Assembly: GCA_964016885.1 (NCBI GenBank)
Contig: OZ024746.1
Location: forward strand, 30,938,001-31,002,000
Length of the DNA: 64,000 nucleotides
Direction: 5' to 3'
Source of the DNA: Eledone cirrhosa
Taxonomy: Eukaryota
The translations under genes and the position numbers were made by a program. This document shows positions 14,661-28,400 of this stretch, piece after piece. Under the pieces are notes generated by a model. It did not search any database. It worked only from the letters and a program-made list of their open reading frames with translations, and was not told the DNA's origin. Position 1 is the first letter of the stretch. Every line of letters starts with the position of its first letter.

Positions 14661-15031
14661 GTGGTGCCCCAGCAAGGCTTCAGTCGGATGACTGGAACAG
14701 GTAAAAGAGTAAAAGGGTAAACGTTTGTTAAATATCAACAGTTAAATATCAATAGCCAATGCAGTGTCCTGGAATTATTTTAAAACTAATTAAAGATTAA
14801 TTAAACGTGGAACGAAATAAAAGAGCAATGTTTCTACAAGTGTGTTAGTATGTGTGAGTGCATGTGTATGTATGGGTTAGTGTGTGTATATGTATGTATA
14901 TGTGTGTGGGGAGTGTGTGTGTGTGGGGGGGGGGGGTAGCCTGTATTGTAAATAAATTCAAAGAATAACCTAAATTAAACCATATCGATGAAAGGCCGGA
15001 TGGCGAGTAGTGAGTGTTGCATGCATACAAA

Positions 15032-15080
<49 letters not shown>

Positions 15081-15103
15081 CATATCGTCATTATTTATCT
15101 ACT

Positions 15104-15157
<54 letters not shown>

Positions 15158-15160
<3 letters not shown>

Positions 15161-15199
15161 CGAAACGGCTTGAGCTCAGCCGTCGGGGTCCTACTCGTT

Positions 15200-15237
<38 letters not shown>

Positions 15238-15259
15238 CATATCGTCATTATTTATCTAC

Positions 15260-15302
<43 letters not shown>

Positions 15303-15342
15303 ACGAAACGGCTTGAGCTCAGCCGTCGGGGTCCTATTCGTT

Positions 15343-15396
<54 letters not shown>

Positions 15397-15605
15397 CATA
15401 TCGTCATTATTTATTGGCAGTATCGGTAGAGGGTCGGACGCCATGCTTTGACGCATAGAGTTACGGCCCTTGCCATTCTGAGTTCAAATCCCGCCGAGGT
15501 TAACTTTGCCTTTCATCCTTACGGGGTCGATAAAATAAAGTACCAGTAATGTACTGGGTAATTTGCTGGCCTTGTGCCAATAGTAGAAACAATTATTTAT
15601 CTACT

Positions 15606-15641
<36 letters not shown>

Positions 15642-15684
15642 ACGAAACGGCTTGAGCTCAGCCGTCGGGGTCCTACTCGTTCCT
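15158..15684 (-). repeat. Three tandemly duplicated ~45-bp deletion derivatives of the GCCGTCGAAACGGC family, with a SINE A inserted at 15412-15597
   Basis: AACGAAACGGCTTGAGCTCAGCCGTCGGGGTCCTACTCGTTCCT at about 15158, 15302 and 15641, each in the same TA/CT context. Confidence 0.8.
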
Positions 15685-15714
15685 ATATATATTTATATAT
15701 AGTAATAATAATAA

Positions 15715-15746
<32 letters not shown>

Positions 15747-15973
15747 CTAGAAATCTATATACGTATGTCTCTCTATATCTATATACACCTTACGTGTCGT
15801 TGTTCCGCCCATGTAACACAGAGTGTTACATTGTGTTCAGTGTTGTTTTATTTCACTTCTTTTTAAAAAGAAACATCCTCTTCCACTTGGTTGCTTCAAG
15901 TGTGTAAGCCACGTGTTAGGGGACACGCCTCACCTCACCTTTGCTCTACTAAATATGTTACTTCTTGTCCCTA

Positions 15974-16046
<73 letters not shown>

Positions 16047-16119
16047 TCTCTCTCTCTCTCTCTCTAGCTCTCTAGCTCTCTCTCTCTTTGTATATATATA
16101 TATATATATATAATATAGG

Positions 16120-16965
16120 ATAAACGTGCTGCGGAGTTACAAATGGGTTACATATGAATGAAGTGATTCTTCACCAGTGATCTTCCAACCATCATCGGTA
16201 TTTCTTCGCTTTAAAGACCATATACCTCCGGTTGGTGCGAGCAACGGCTAAAGAAAGTCGTTGGGACATGTAAATAAAGGGAACAGCGAGAGTGTAAACA
16301 AAGAAAGATGGTGAAGCAACGAAAAGTGAGGAAGAGCGAGTCAAGTCCAAAAATTTCCATGAATATAAGTTCGGTGAAATCGTGAACGAGAGAGAATAAA
16401 GACCATCAAACCTGGTTGAAATGTGAGCAAGGAAGGAATTTCGCACAGGTCTAACGAGAGGAAGAAGGGGTCTAGTCTGTGAATTCGGTAAACATAAGTT
16501 CTGTGAAATCGTAGACGAGAGAGAGAAAAAATGCCGACCGGCCTGGTCAAGCGTGCGAAAGAAAAGAATTACGCACAGGTCAAACGGGAAGAAGGAGGAG
16601 GAGGAGAGGTAGTAACAGAGAGTGAGTGAGTGAAGGGTGAGGAAGAGGCTAACAGAGGGTAAAGATACAGAGGGTAAAGATACAGAGGGTAAAGATACAG
16701 AGGGTAAAGATACAGAGAAAGAGGAAGCAGTAAGAACGAAATAGACGGGTCACAGCGGGAGAAAAAAATATGTGTAAATATGAGAGTAAACGTGCTGCGG
16801 AGCTGCAAATGGAATGGGTTACATATGAATAAAGTGGTCCTTCCGCAGCACGTTTATTCTCATATTTACACATATTTTTTTCAACCGGAGGTATATGGTC
16901 TTTAAAGCGAAGAAATACCGATGATGGTTGGAAGATCACTGATGAAGGACCACTTTATTCATATA
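16120..16965. mobile_element. Inverted/direct-repeat-bounded element in (TA)n (PLE-like remnant); related copy at 36120-36246
   Basis: 16150-16234 is inverted at 16880-16963; 16121-16165 is repeated directly at 16788-16840; internal 15-bp tandem repeat at 16650-16715. Confidence 0.6.
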
Positions 16966-17054
16966 TAATATATATATATATATATATATCAAGGAAAAAA
17001 TGAAACGAAATTTCATTTCTCACTCTTAGTACGGCTGTATACATACTTATATAT

Positions 17055-17094
<40 letters not shown>

Positions 17095-17231
17095 TTAGTT
17101 ATACTATTTATGGTTATGTAAACACAAAACCTTAAGCAGTTGTAAGTATTTTACACACACCCTAAATAGTGGTAGGCAGTAATGTATTACTACCTTATTA
17201 CCAGTAAGTTAAGTAGCTCAATGTAAAAACA

Positions 17232-17285
17232 TTGAAGAATCCGAAGAATCCAAACCTCGGTTTGGAGGAAACAGCTGTAAGCACA
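17232..17285 (+). ncRNA. Decayed hammerhead motif in a TA-flanked insert (17090-17321)
   Basis: (TT/CC)GAAGA-A-TCCAAACC-TC-GGTTTGGA-G-GAAA-CAGCTG-TA; the CUGA core is mutated or duplicated and helix I is not evident. Confidence 0.45.
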
Positions 17286-17314
17286 ATAATGTTTTGAACA
17301 GTTCTTTGATTCTT

Positions 17315-17559
<245 letters not shown>

Positions 17560-17781
17560 TACCTGTATTTCCATGCCCCCACTCTCTATATATACATATG
17601 TACTCTACTCCCCCACCTCCTCCCCCTCTCTGCCCTCTCTCTCTCTTTCTCTCTCTCTCTACTAAGTCAAGTAACATTTGTTTCTTAACGCTATATTGTT
17701 ACAAGTATTTTCGCTTGGTCACACATTGTCATATCAAAACATACAGGTACACGCACATAGACACAAAAATACACATACACA

Positions 17782-17922
<141 letters not shown>

Positions 17923-17981
17923 TACTGGAATTCTATAAGAATCCAGCTTCTATAATTTTCGGCGGAAGCAGGGGAGTGCGT

Positions 17982-18023
17982 GGCTCTGATGAATGCTAAC
18001 CAGCGTGAAGCAGACTGTCAGCT
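17982..18023 (+). ncRNA. Type I hammerhead motif with a GAAA>GAAG change, in a TA-flanked insert (17921-18150)
   Basis: GGCT-CTGATGA-ATGCT-AACC-AGCGT-GAAG-CAGACTG-TC-AGCT; all three helices pair; GUC site. Confidence 0.65.
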
Positions 18024-18178
18024 TCTCTCCCTTCTTTCGCCTAAAAGAAGTAATTGACATAGTCACTACTTTAAAACTGATAGCGTATGGTCTTCTAAAT
18101 GTTTTTAATTAAACATATGGTATATTGCCAAATATACTATACATGCATTCATATCTATATTTATATATATATATATAT

Positions 18179-18566
18179 ATTAAAATACAAATATTAATAA
18201 AATAGAGGTTTTTTTGATCAATTAAATTTTATTATACATATTTCAGAGGTACAACAGTACGTCCTCATCAGACAAAATATAATGATACATGACATACCCT
18301 GAGATGTTTAATCTACCTTGATTAAATCTTAACCATTTAACATCTCAGGGTATGTCATGTATCATTATATTTTGTCTGATGAGGACGTACTGTTGTACCT
18401 CTGAAATATGTATAATAAAATTTAATTGATCAAAAGAACCTCTATTTTATTAATATTTGTATTTTAATATTAATAACTCTTGAAAATTATTTTCTGTAGA
18501 GTGCTTCCAATCTACTGTAAAACTCATTCTTTGGTGTACTCATTGAATCTTGTTTAACTCTTTAAT
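18179..18566 (+). mobile_element. PLE-like hairpin element with 3' tail in (TA)n
   Basis: Arms at about 18179-18308 and 18338-18470 are reverse complements; unpaired tail to 18566. Confidence 0.8.
18369..18421 (+). ncRNA. Minimal type I hammerhead ribozyme motif (mirror copy 18226-18278 on minus)
   Basis: ATTTTGT-CTGATGA-GGACGTAC-TGTT-GTACCTCT-GAAA-TATGTA-TA-ATAAAAT. Confidence 0.75.
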
Positions 18567-18576
18567 ACATATATAT

Positions 18577-18702
18577 AACCAAAGAAGTGTGGTAAGGAAC
18601 CAGATGGACCATAACGCACCAGAGTACTCCATACTTAGGGTAGTAGAGTGGGTAATAGGAAAATGTTTGACACCGACGGCAGAGCTCAAGCCGTTTCGAC
18701 GG
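18577..18702 (-). mobile_element. Truncated copy of the GCCGTCGAAACGGC family
   Basis: Homologous to 44657-44790, 53750-53863 and 61130-61260. Confidence 0.75.
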
Positions 18703-18722
18703 ATATATACACACACACACAC

Positions 18723-18802
<80 letters not shown>

Positions 18803-18807
<5 letters not shown>

Positions 18808-20875
18808 AAAGAACACAAGAGCGTCTACAACATCAAAAGATTTTTATTGGCTTACAATGTTTCTTCCTTGCGTAACCGTAGGATTCGTCAGAGCTATAAA
18901 AGGGGTTTGATTGGTGTTATGGACTCTACCAACCAAACATTCAATGTGTGTATGTTTATGTGTGTGTGTATGATGTGTGTGTATATGTGTATATGTATGT
19001 ATATTTTTTCTGTAGAAATCTTCTCAATATGTGGTGTTTGGCATGAATTCCTCCTATAATACTCTTCTTTGAGAGGAGCACGATATGTTGAGTAACACAT
19101 ATGTATTGTCGAAGTTGAAACTGAGAACCACCACCCCTCCTGCTGACCCAAATGTTTACTGAGGACCAGAACACCATTCTCCGCAATATAAGAGAGGAAT
19201 GCGCTTGCCGGACTATTGATGACCATAACATCACATTCCAAGGTAATGGCAAAACACAGTGAATGCTATACACGACCAGAACACCACAACATGCACATCG
19301 GAGCAACACAGATATAATATCAATAGGCGAATCAATTGAATTTTTTGAGTTGAAATACATATAAATATGTGTCTGTGTGTATCGGACACACGTACACATA
19401 AAGAAACTGCTGACCTAAATGTACCTGTCATGCCTGTCTGAATTCCTAAGAGAATTTTCGGTCAGTTACTATCTTGACCGATTAACCCCACAATTACTAC
19501 GTAGCGGTTCTTGCACGTGACTGCTGGACCCGGATGAAACGAAGACGAAGAATTTCCTTGCGTACCGTTTTGTACCACAGATGCGATCTCACTCTGCCTC
19601 GTTAATGTTCTATCGACACCAAAGTTCTACGTTCGGGGCAATAGAATTGAATCCAACCACCGACAACATAGTTGGATGACCGATAATCACACCAAACCGG
19701 AGTACTGTGATCCTTGTGATTTCGAGATATACAACCACTGACACTGTTACGAAGACCAGAAAACCATACTCCATAATATTGAACCAAGTGATTGATTTGT
19801 GCGACCAAAATAACACCACACACATATTGAACTAGGAATATTGGATCCTCCGTCAATGTCTGGGTGAGCAAAAATAGATTTCTATCTGCATTGGAATTTA
19901 CGAACTTGTGCATCTGCTGTGGTGTCAAAAACAAACGCACATAACCGCACAGATAAACAATGGACTATGCCACGTGGCTTGAACCTGTAAGTGAATTGAA
20001 GGTTCTGTAACTCTGATATACAGATTATTTATTATTAAGATGTATAAACTTGACATAACTATTATCATCTTATATTCTCTCAACTAATCACATTTGATCA
20101 TCTTTCTCTATCCCGTTTTCTCCCCCCATAATTATAATATTTTTATTTGAAAAAATCAGTTTTTTTACTTTGTGTTTTCCCCTTCAAATACTTGCTTATA
20201 TTTCTTTATATATTCTCTATATATTTTTATATATATATATTTTTTATCTTTATTCTTATTTTCACTTTTATCCTCCTTTATATTTTACCTTATTCTTACT
20301 TTTATACCTTATTATAGTGTAATCTTCCCCATGCTTTATTATACATTATTAATTATAGATTATTATTATTATTACTCTTTTTCCATTTCTAATTACCTCA
20401 TGTACTTTCTCCTCCGTTATATATATATATATTGTATGCCCTTTGTGCTTGTGTAGCCTCTGCACACCCTCTGCACCCTACTATCGACGCCACCCCATCT
20501 ATGGTTCAGCTAACCACTCGACTCCCGGGAATGAATATGACCGCAGCTAGTAAACAAGGACCCACACCCCACCTCCCGCACCAAAATTAGACTTATCGTC
20601 CCCTACTTTTGCTCTTTACTCTCTTTACTCTTTGTTCTTGAATGTTTGGTTGGTAGAGTCCATAACACCGATCAAACCCCTTTTATAGCTCTGACGAATC
20701 CTACGATTACGTAAGGAAGAAACATTGTAAGCCAATAAAAATATTTTGATGTTGTAGACGCTCTTGTGTTCTTTATCATATATACGGCTCTGCTCCAAAG
20801 CATAGAGCTAATTATTATGCTGCCAATACCTTAATGGGACACGGGTATACAATACCTAACTCCTATTAACCTAAG

Positions 20876-20880
<5 letters not shown>
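18803..20880 (+). mobile_element. 2.1-kb element bounded by ~140-bp inverted hammerhead-containing repeats plus a 3' tail, in (TA)n
   Basis: 18803-18943 is the reverse complement of 20638-20780 with a few mismatches; tail at 20781-20880; interior holds minus-strand ORF fragments 18894-19241 and 19602-19940. Confidence 0.8.
20681..20740 (+). ncRNA. Type I hammerhead ribozyme motif (mirror copy 18842-18901 on minus)
   Basis: TTTTATAGCT-CTGACGA-A-TCCTACG-ATTA-CGTAAGGA-A-GAAA-CATTG-TA-AGCCAATAAAA. Confidence 0.75.
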
Positions 20881-20972
<92 letters not shown>

Positions 20973-21087
20973 GTGTGTGTGTGTGTTCATAAGGTTATGC
21001 AAACATTATTTTATATATTTGCGCGGACATATCGATCGGCGCACGTCGATATGTTTGTAAACACATGAGTGTCTGTATGCGTATACA

Positions 21088-21470
<383 letters not shown>

Positions 21471-21489
21471 GACAATGAATTGGGTGAGA

Positions 21490-22205
21490 GGATTGATAGA
21501 GATAGGTATTGATAGACATAGAGAGGGGGAGAGTCTGGTAGTGATGGATAGAGTGAGAAGAAATGAGAGTGTTGTATGGTAGATATAGAAAGGGAGATAG
21601 TTTGATGGTAATTGATATAGAGAGGGGAGTTGGGAGAAAGAATGAGAGGAGTGTTCTATTGTAGATATAGAGAGGAGGATAGTTTGATGGTAACTGATAT
21701 AGAGAGAGGGGTTGGAGAATGTGTTGTATATTAGATATAGACGAGGGAGAGATTGATGTTTATTGATATAGAGAGGTGTATTGGAAGAGAGTTCCGTGTA
21801 GTAGATATAGAGAGGGGGAGAATTTGGTGGGTGTAGATATACAGAGAGTGATAATGGGAGAGTGCCGTGTAGTAGATATAGAGAGGGGGAGAGTTTAGAG
21901 GTGATTGATATACAGAGGGGAATTTGGAGAGATAAGTGTAGATAAATATAGAGGGTGAGAGAGAGAGAGTATTAGTCTTAGACTGGGATAAGAGTATTAG
22001 TCTTAGACTGGGATAAGAGTATTAGTCTTAGACTGGGATAAGAGTATTAGTCTTAGACTGGGATAAGAGTATTAGTCTTAGACTGGGATAAGAGAGGCGG
22101 TGTAGTGGTAGATTTAGAGAGGGGTAGAGCTTAGTTTAGTAGATACAGAGCGGGAGATTAAAAGAGAGTTTTGTGTGATAGACGTTAAGATGGGGAGAGT
22201 TTGGT
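21490..22205. repeat. Degenerate purine-rich tandem repeats (TAGATATAGAGAGGGG) containing a perfect 5 x 25-bp array at 21966-22093
   Basis: AGAGTATTAGTCTTAGACTGGGATA x5; similar degenerate units at 34940-35100. Confidence 0.85.
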
Positions 22206-22539
22206 GGCACTCTCGGGTCCCAAATAATAGGAAAGGTGACAATAATGGTGGTGGGGTCTTGGGAAATCAGTAATTGTAGAGTGTACGTTCGTAAATATGG
22301 GATTTCTTGTAATGTTCTTCTTTTGTCATATATAATGTTTTTTTTTTAAATGTAAAATAAAATTATTATTAGATTCTCCAGCTGCTGTAACAATATGAAT
22401 CACTTACAATAAAATTTCGCCGGATATAGATTAGCAAATTTTAATAAGCGAGTGGGGAGGGGGGGGGGGGGTAAACCGGGATATGGGGAGGGCATTATTC
22501 AAGGCCTGAGAGTACGTGAATTATTGACGGACGTAAGAA

Positions 22540-22659
22540 TGAAAACTCAATACCGAAGTAGATTTTAAATATTCATTTATTATGGCTAAGCCTTGTCTTC
22601 TGGAGTCTCACCTGCGAATTTACAGAGTAACAAAGCTCACCAATAGCCATAATAAATGA

Positions 22660-22662
<3 letters not shown>
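22540..22662 (-). mobile_element. Small fold-back element, family shared with 37901-38073 and 51959-52152
   Basis: ATTCATTTATTATGGCTA ... TAGCCATAATAAATGAAT arms; shared CAATACCGA tail. Confidence 0.6.
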
Positions 22663-22693
<31 letters not shown>

Positions 22694-22694
22694 A

Positions 22695-22739
<45 letters not shown>

Positions 22740-22752
22740 TCATTTATTATGG

Positions 22753-22785
<33 letters not shown>

Positions 22786-22805
22786 GTCTATATATATGTA
22801 TATAT

Positions 22806-22873
<68 letters not shown>

Positions 22874-22876
<3 letters not shown>

Positions 22877-23367
22877 AGTTAAGAACTCAGAGTAGTCTCT
22901 TACAATTAAATAGCTCTAAGAAAAAAGCTTTTCCGAGCCATACAATATAATTGAATAAACAAGAGAGATGAACTCTTATATAAACATACATGTGTTCGAA
23001 TCGTAAGGACCAAATTTGCTAGGGTGAGAAAATACTAACTACAGCAATATGGTTTGTTATCCTTAACTTTAAATATTAAATTAAGAAAAATTAAGAAAAA
23101 TAACAGACCTATATTGGGCAAAACGCCTGGTAACAACTAGACAGTATTGGAGACTGTTTCGCAACATCTTATTAAGTGAAGTTCTCACGTTTCTCTGCTC
23201 CTCAGTAGTTGTTGAGAAATTAGTGATCCTTTCACTTCTAAAAATATTAGAGAATAATTGTGTGCGATATGAAATATCGCACGTGTCATTCGGAACCCTA
23301 GCAAATTTGGTCCTTACGATTCGAACACATGTATGTTTATATAATTGTTCATCTCTCTTGTTTATTC

Positions 23368-23372
<5 letters not shown>
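22874..23372 (-). mobile_element. PLE-like inverted-repeat element with tail in (TA)n
   Basis: 22950-23025 is inverted at 23294-23371; tail at 22874-22949; canonical hammerhead in the loop. Confidence 0.8.
23132..23213 (-). ncRNA. Canonical type I hammerhead ribozyme
   Basis: AACAACTA-CTGAGGA-GCAG...TTGC-GAAA-CAGT-CTCCAAT-ACTG-TC-TAGTTGTT: 8-bp helix I, intact core, full helix III, GUC cleavage triplet. Confidence 0.9.
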
Positions 23373-23433
<61 letters not shown>

Positions 23434-23541
23434 TGAAGAAATTGGGTATAATACCAGTTTCTTACCAAATACGAAGAAGCTCGATATATTAACCCCTTAT
23501 GAAAGGGCACAGAGAATAATTTTTAAAAAATTATATATAAA

Positions 23542-23748
23542 CAGTGGCGGTGGAATGGGGGGGGGGGGGGCATGCCCTCCTCTAATAATTATATTTTCCC
23601 CAAAACTACCGAAACACACATCTATTTGGATATGTGCTACAATTTATGTTATGTTTATCGCATATCGAGGTTTTCTGACCATTTAATCACTACAACTAAA
23701 TTGTCCAAATTTGGCACCCCCTATTCAGAATTACTTCCACCGCCCCTG
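23542..23748. mobile_element. MITE with hAT-like TIRs; partial relative at 34786-34915
   Basis: CAGTGGCGGTGGAA ... TTCCACCGCCCCTG. Confidence 0.65.
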
Positions 23749-25226
23749 ATATATATATATACATATATATAAGCTATCTATGCTGTATACAATATGTATT
23801 ACACATTCTATATACAATATATACTATACATTATAGTAAATATCTTTCTATTTGAAGAGTCTTGGGTGGGTTCGAACGAACATCTTGAGATTGTCTCGTT
23901 AACTGGAGTAATGGTATAATACGATTGAAGGCTATTTAACTGGTGTTTGTAGTAGATGGAGCAACCACGTGAGGTGGGGCCTTTGTTATCTTGGTTGACT
24001 TGATTCTCTTAAGGACCATTTGTTAAGTAAGCCGTCATGGTATCTGGTTTGAAAGTAACAGTTGTTACACCTCAAAGGGTTTGTGATTACAGTAGATTAG
24101 CTGTTATACCTCAAAGGGTCATAGCTTTGTGACTACAGTCGATTAGTTGTTACACCTCACACCTCACAGGCTCATAAGTTTGTATGTATGTACTTTAGAA
24201 AAAAGAATTGTTAGTGAGAGACTCCTAGTCTTCATTAAGACATCACTTTACTAGAAGGTCACTCTGATATAAAACCTTCGACTTCGTTTGCATCCAATGA
24301 TGTAGACCAGTTCTTCCTTTTGAGTAAATGTTCAGAGAGTGGGTTTGGCCCCGTGCAAAGCTTTTCCTAACTTAAAAAAGCTTCAAGCACAGGCATCGCT
24401 TGATATGTGACATTTTTTGCGATGCATGGCATTGTTGGCCATAGGCAAGTCTCAAGCAAGACTAAAAACCCACATCAGTGATGCTTATACTTCAGTATCA
24501 AGTGATGGCATTACTCCAAATCGATTTGCAGCCATCATCATCATGTATGTATGTGAGTCTGTGAGGAGCATAGAATTTCCGCCTAGTTTCAAGTTTCGTT
24601 ATACTCATCAGGGATCACCTCACCTCTTACTGTAGTTAAGATGTACAGAGCCGATGTTACCATGAAGGCCAACTAAGCATTCACCTGGAGCATAGCTCAC
24701 AGACGGGTGCAATATTGACTCTTCCAATGTCATGTGATTTAGATTTGAACTAAAGTTAAACATTTGTTGTTGAACCACCAGTCAATCCTGATGGAGCTAC
24801 CATTGAAGATATTCCAACCCCGACCTCGCCCCACCGCCCCTGTCTTTGTACCGGGAACACAATGTCATATGATCCAGTATGTCCTGTCATTATATAAGAT
24901 AATAGCAGTCAAATTTGAGGGAGATTTGGTTGTTATTTCTAGTAGGTCAAGTGACCATATCGATGTTCCACTGTAAACAAGTGTTGGTAACAGAATACAG
25001 AACTGTTGGTTGACCCCAGGGCTAATGCTAACATTAACGCCAACTTGGCAGCCACTAAGGGTACAGAGCTCAGAGAGATACATGACAGAACTTTAAAGGA
25101 TTAGTTTTATACAAATTTGTATAATTAAATTAAATATATAATAATTTCATATGATCAATGAATAAATCACATCTTTGCTGTGAAGCAGTGTTGTGGAAAT
25201 ACGCAAAGAGAGGGAGAGAGAGAGAG

Positions 25227-25269
<43 letters not shown>

Positions 25270-25469
25270 TATGGTACTATGGCTTGTCACATTATTTGGC
25301 ATGGGTGAGTGTGGACTGTGTAGTGAAAATGCAGGCTTAGTATTTTCTTAGTGAGATCAGAGCAAAAAGGTTAAAAAATCAGGTTTGTCAGCTTACCAAA
25401 CCGTAAGTTGCAATTATTTTATGAGACAAGGTGTGGGCATAACTGAAAGAATGGGGCATACATTTTAGA

Positions 25470-28400
25470 GCTAGCTGATGATGCTAATTACCTAATACAT
25501 TGTAGAGCTAACATAAGGTGCTGAATACCTGGGTACACATCGTAGATCTAGCGGAGAGTGCTTTATACCCAGATACACATTGCAGAGCTAGTCTAAAGTG
25601 TTAAATACCTAGGTACAATTTGTAGAGCTAACCTAGAGTGCTAAATACCTAAGTGCAACTTGTAGGGCTAACCTAAAGCGTTATATACCCACGTACACAT
25701 TGTACGGGTAACTTATGGCGCTATATATCCAGGTACACATTGTAGGGCTAACCTAAAGTACTATATAACCAGGTACACATTGTAGGGCTAACCTAAAGTA
25801 CTGTATACCCAAGTACACATTGTAGCGCTAACCTAGAGTACTGTATACCCAGGTACACATTGTAGGGCTAACCTAAAGTACTATATACCCAGATACACAT
25901 TGTAGGGCTAACCTTGAGTACTATATACCCAGATACACATTGTAGGGCTAACCTTGAGTACTATATATCCAGGTATACATTGTAGAGCTAACCTAGAGTA
26001 CTATATACCCAGATACACATTGTAGGGCTAACCTTGAGTACTATATACCCATATACACATTGTAGGGCTAACCTTGAGTACTATATACCCAGATACACAT
26101 TGTAGGGCTAACCTTGAGTACTATATACCCAGATACACATTGTAGGGCTAACCTTGAGTACTATATACCCAGATACACATTGTAGGGCTAACCTAGAGTA
26201 CTATATACCCAGATACACATTGTAGGGCTAACCTAGAGTACTATATACCCATATACACATTGTAGGGCTAACCTTGAGTACTATATACACAGATACGCAT
26301 TGTAGGGCTAACCTTGAGTACTATATACCCAGATACACATTGTAGGGCTAACCTTGAGTACTATATACCCAGATACACATTGTAGGGCTAACCTAGAGTA
26401 CTATATACCCAGATACACATTGTAGGGCTAACCTAGAGTACTATATACCCAGATACACATTGTAGGGCTAACCTAGAGTACTATATAACCAGATACACAT
26501 TGTAGGGCTAACCTAGAGTACTATATACCCAGATACACATTGTAGGGTTAACCTAAAGTACTATATACCCAGATACACATTGTAGGGCTAACCTAGAGTA
26601 CTATATAACCAGATACACATTGTAGGGCTAACCTAGAGTACTATATACCCAGATACACATTGTAGGGCTAACCTAGAGTACTCTATACCCAGATACACCT
26701 TGTAGGGCTAACCTAAAGTACTATATACCCAGATACACATTGTAGGGCTAACCTAGAGTACTATATACCCAGATACATATTGTAGGGTTAACCTAAAGTA
26801 CTATATACCCAGATACACATTGTAGGGCTAACCTTGAGTACTATATACCCAGATACACATTGTAGGGCTAACCTAGAGTACTATATACCCAGATACACAT
26901 TGTAGGGCTAACCTAGAGTACTATATACCCAGATACACATTGTAGGGCTAACCTAGAGTACTATATACCCAGATACACATTGTAGGGCTAACCTAGAGTA
27001 CTATATATCCAGATACACATTGTAGGGCTAACCTAGAGTACTCTATACCCAGATACACCTTGCAGGGCTAACCTAAAGTACTATATACCCAGATACACAT
27101 TGTAGGGCTAACCTAGAGTACTATATACCCAGATACACATTGTAGGGCTAACCTAAAGTACTATATACCCAGATACACATTGTAGGGCTAACCTTGAGTA
27201 CTATATACCCAGATACACATTGTAGGGCTAACCTAGAGTACTATATACCCCGATACACATTGTAGGACTAACCTAGAGTACTATATACCCAGATACACAT
27301 TGTAGGGCTAACCTAGAGTACTATATACCCAGATACACATTGTAGGGCTAACCTAGAGTACTATATACCCAGATACACATTGTAGGGCTAACCTAGAGTA
27401 CTATATACCCAGATACACATTGTAGGGCTAACCTTGAGTACTATATACCCAGATACACATTGTAGGGCTAACCTTGAGTACTATATACCCAGATATACAT
27501 TGTAGGGCTAACCTAAAGTACTATATACCCAGATACACATTGTAGGGCTAACCTTGAGTACTATATACCCAGATACACATTGTAGGGCTAACCTAAAGTA
27601 CTATATACCCAGATACACATTGTAGCGCTAACCTAGAGTACTATATACCCATATACACATTGTAGGGCTAACCTAGAGTACTATATACCCAGATACACAT
27701 TGTAGGGCTAACCTAGGGTACTATATACCCAGATACACATTGTAGGGCTAACCTAGAGTACTATATACCCAGATACACATTGTAGGGCTAACCTAGAGTA
27801 CTATATATCCAGATACACATTGTAGGGCTAACCTTGAGTACTATATACCCAGATACACATTGTAGGGCTAACCTTGAGTACTATATACCCAGATACACAT
27901 TGTAGGGCTAACCTTGAGTACTATATACCCAGATACACATTGTAGGGCTAACCTAGAGTACTATATACCCAGATACACATTGTAGGGCTAACCTTGAGTA
28001 CTATATACCCAGATACACATTGTAGGGCTAACCTTGAGTACTATATACCCAGATACACATTGTAGGGCTAACCTTGAGTACTATATATCCAGGTACACAT
28101 TGTAGAGCTAACCTAGAGTACTATATACCCAGATACACATTGTAGGGCTAACCTAGAGTACTATATACCCAGATACACATTGTAGGGCTAACCTTGAGTA
28201 CTATATACCCAGATACACATTGTAGGGCTAACCTAGAGTACTATATACCCAGATACACATTGTAGGGCTAACCTAGAGTACTATATACCCAGATACACAT
28301 TGTAGGGCTAACCTAGAGTACTATATAACCAGATACACATTGTAGGGCTAACCTAGAGTACTATATACCCAGATACACATTGTAGGGTTAACCTAAAGTA

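Noticed and set aside
24290-24760. Higher-complexity region with short ORFs
   Set aside because: No motif recognised; possibly a very old transposon.
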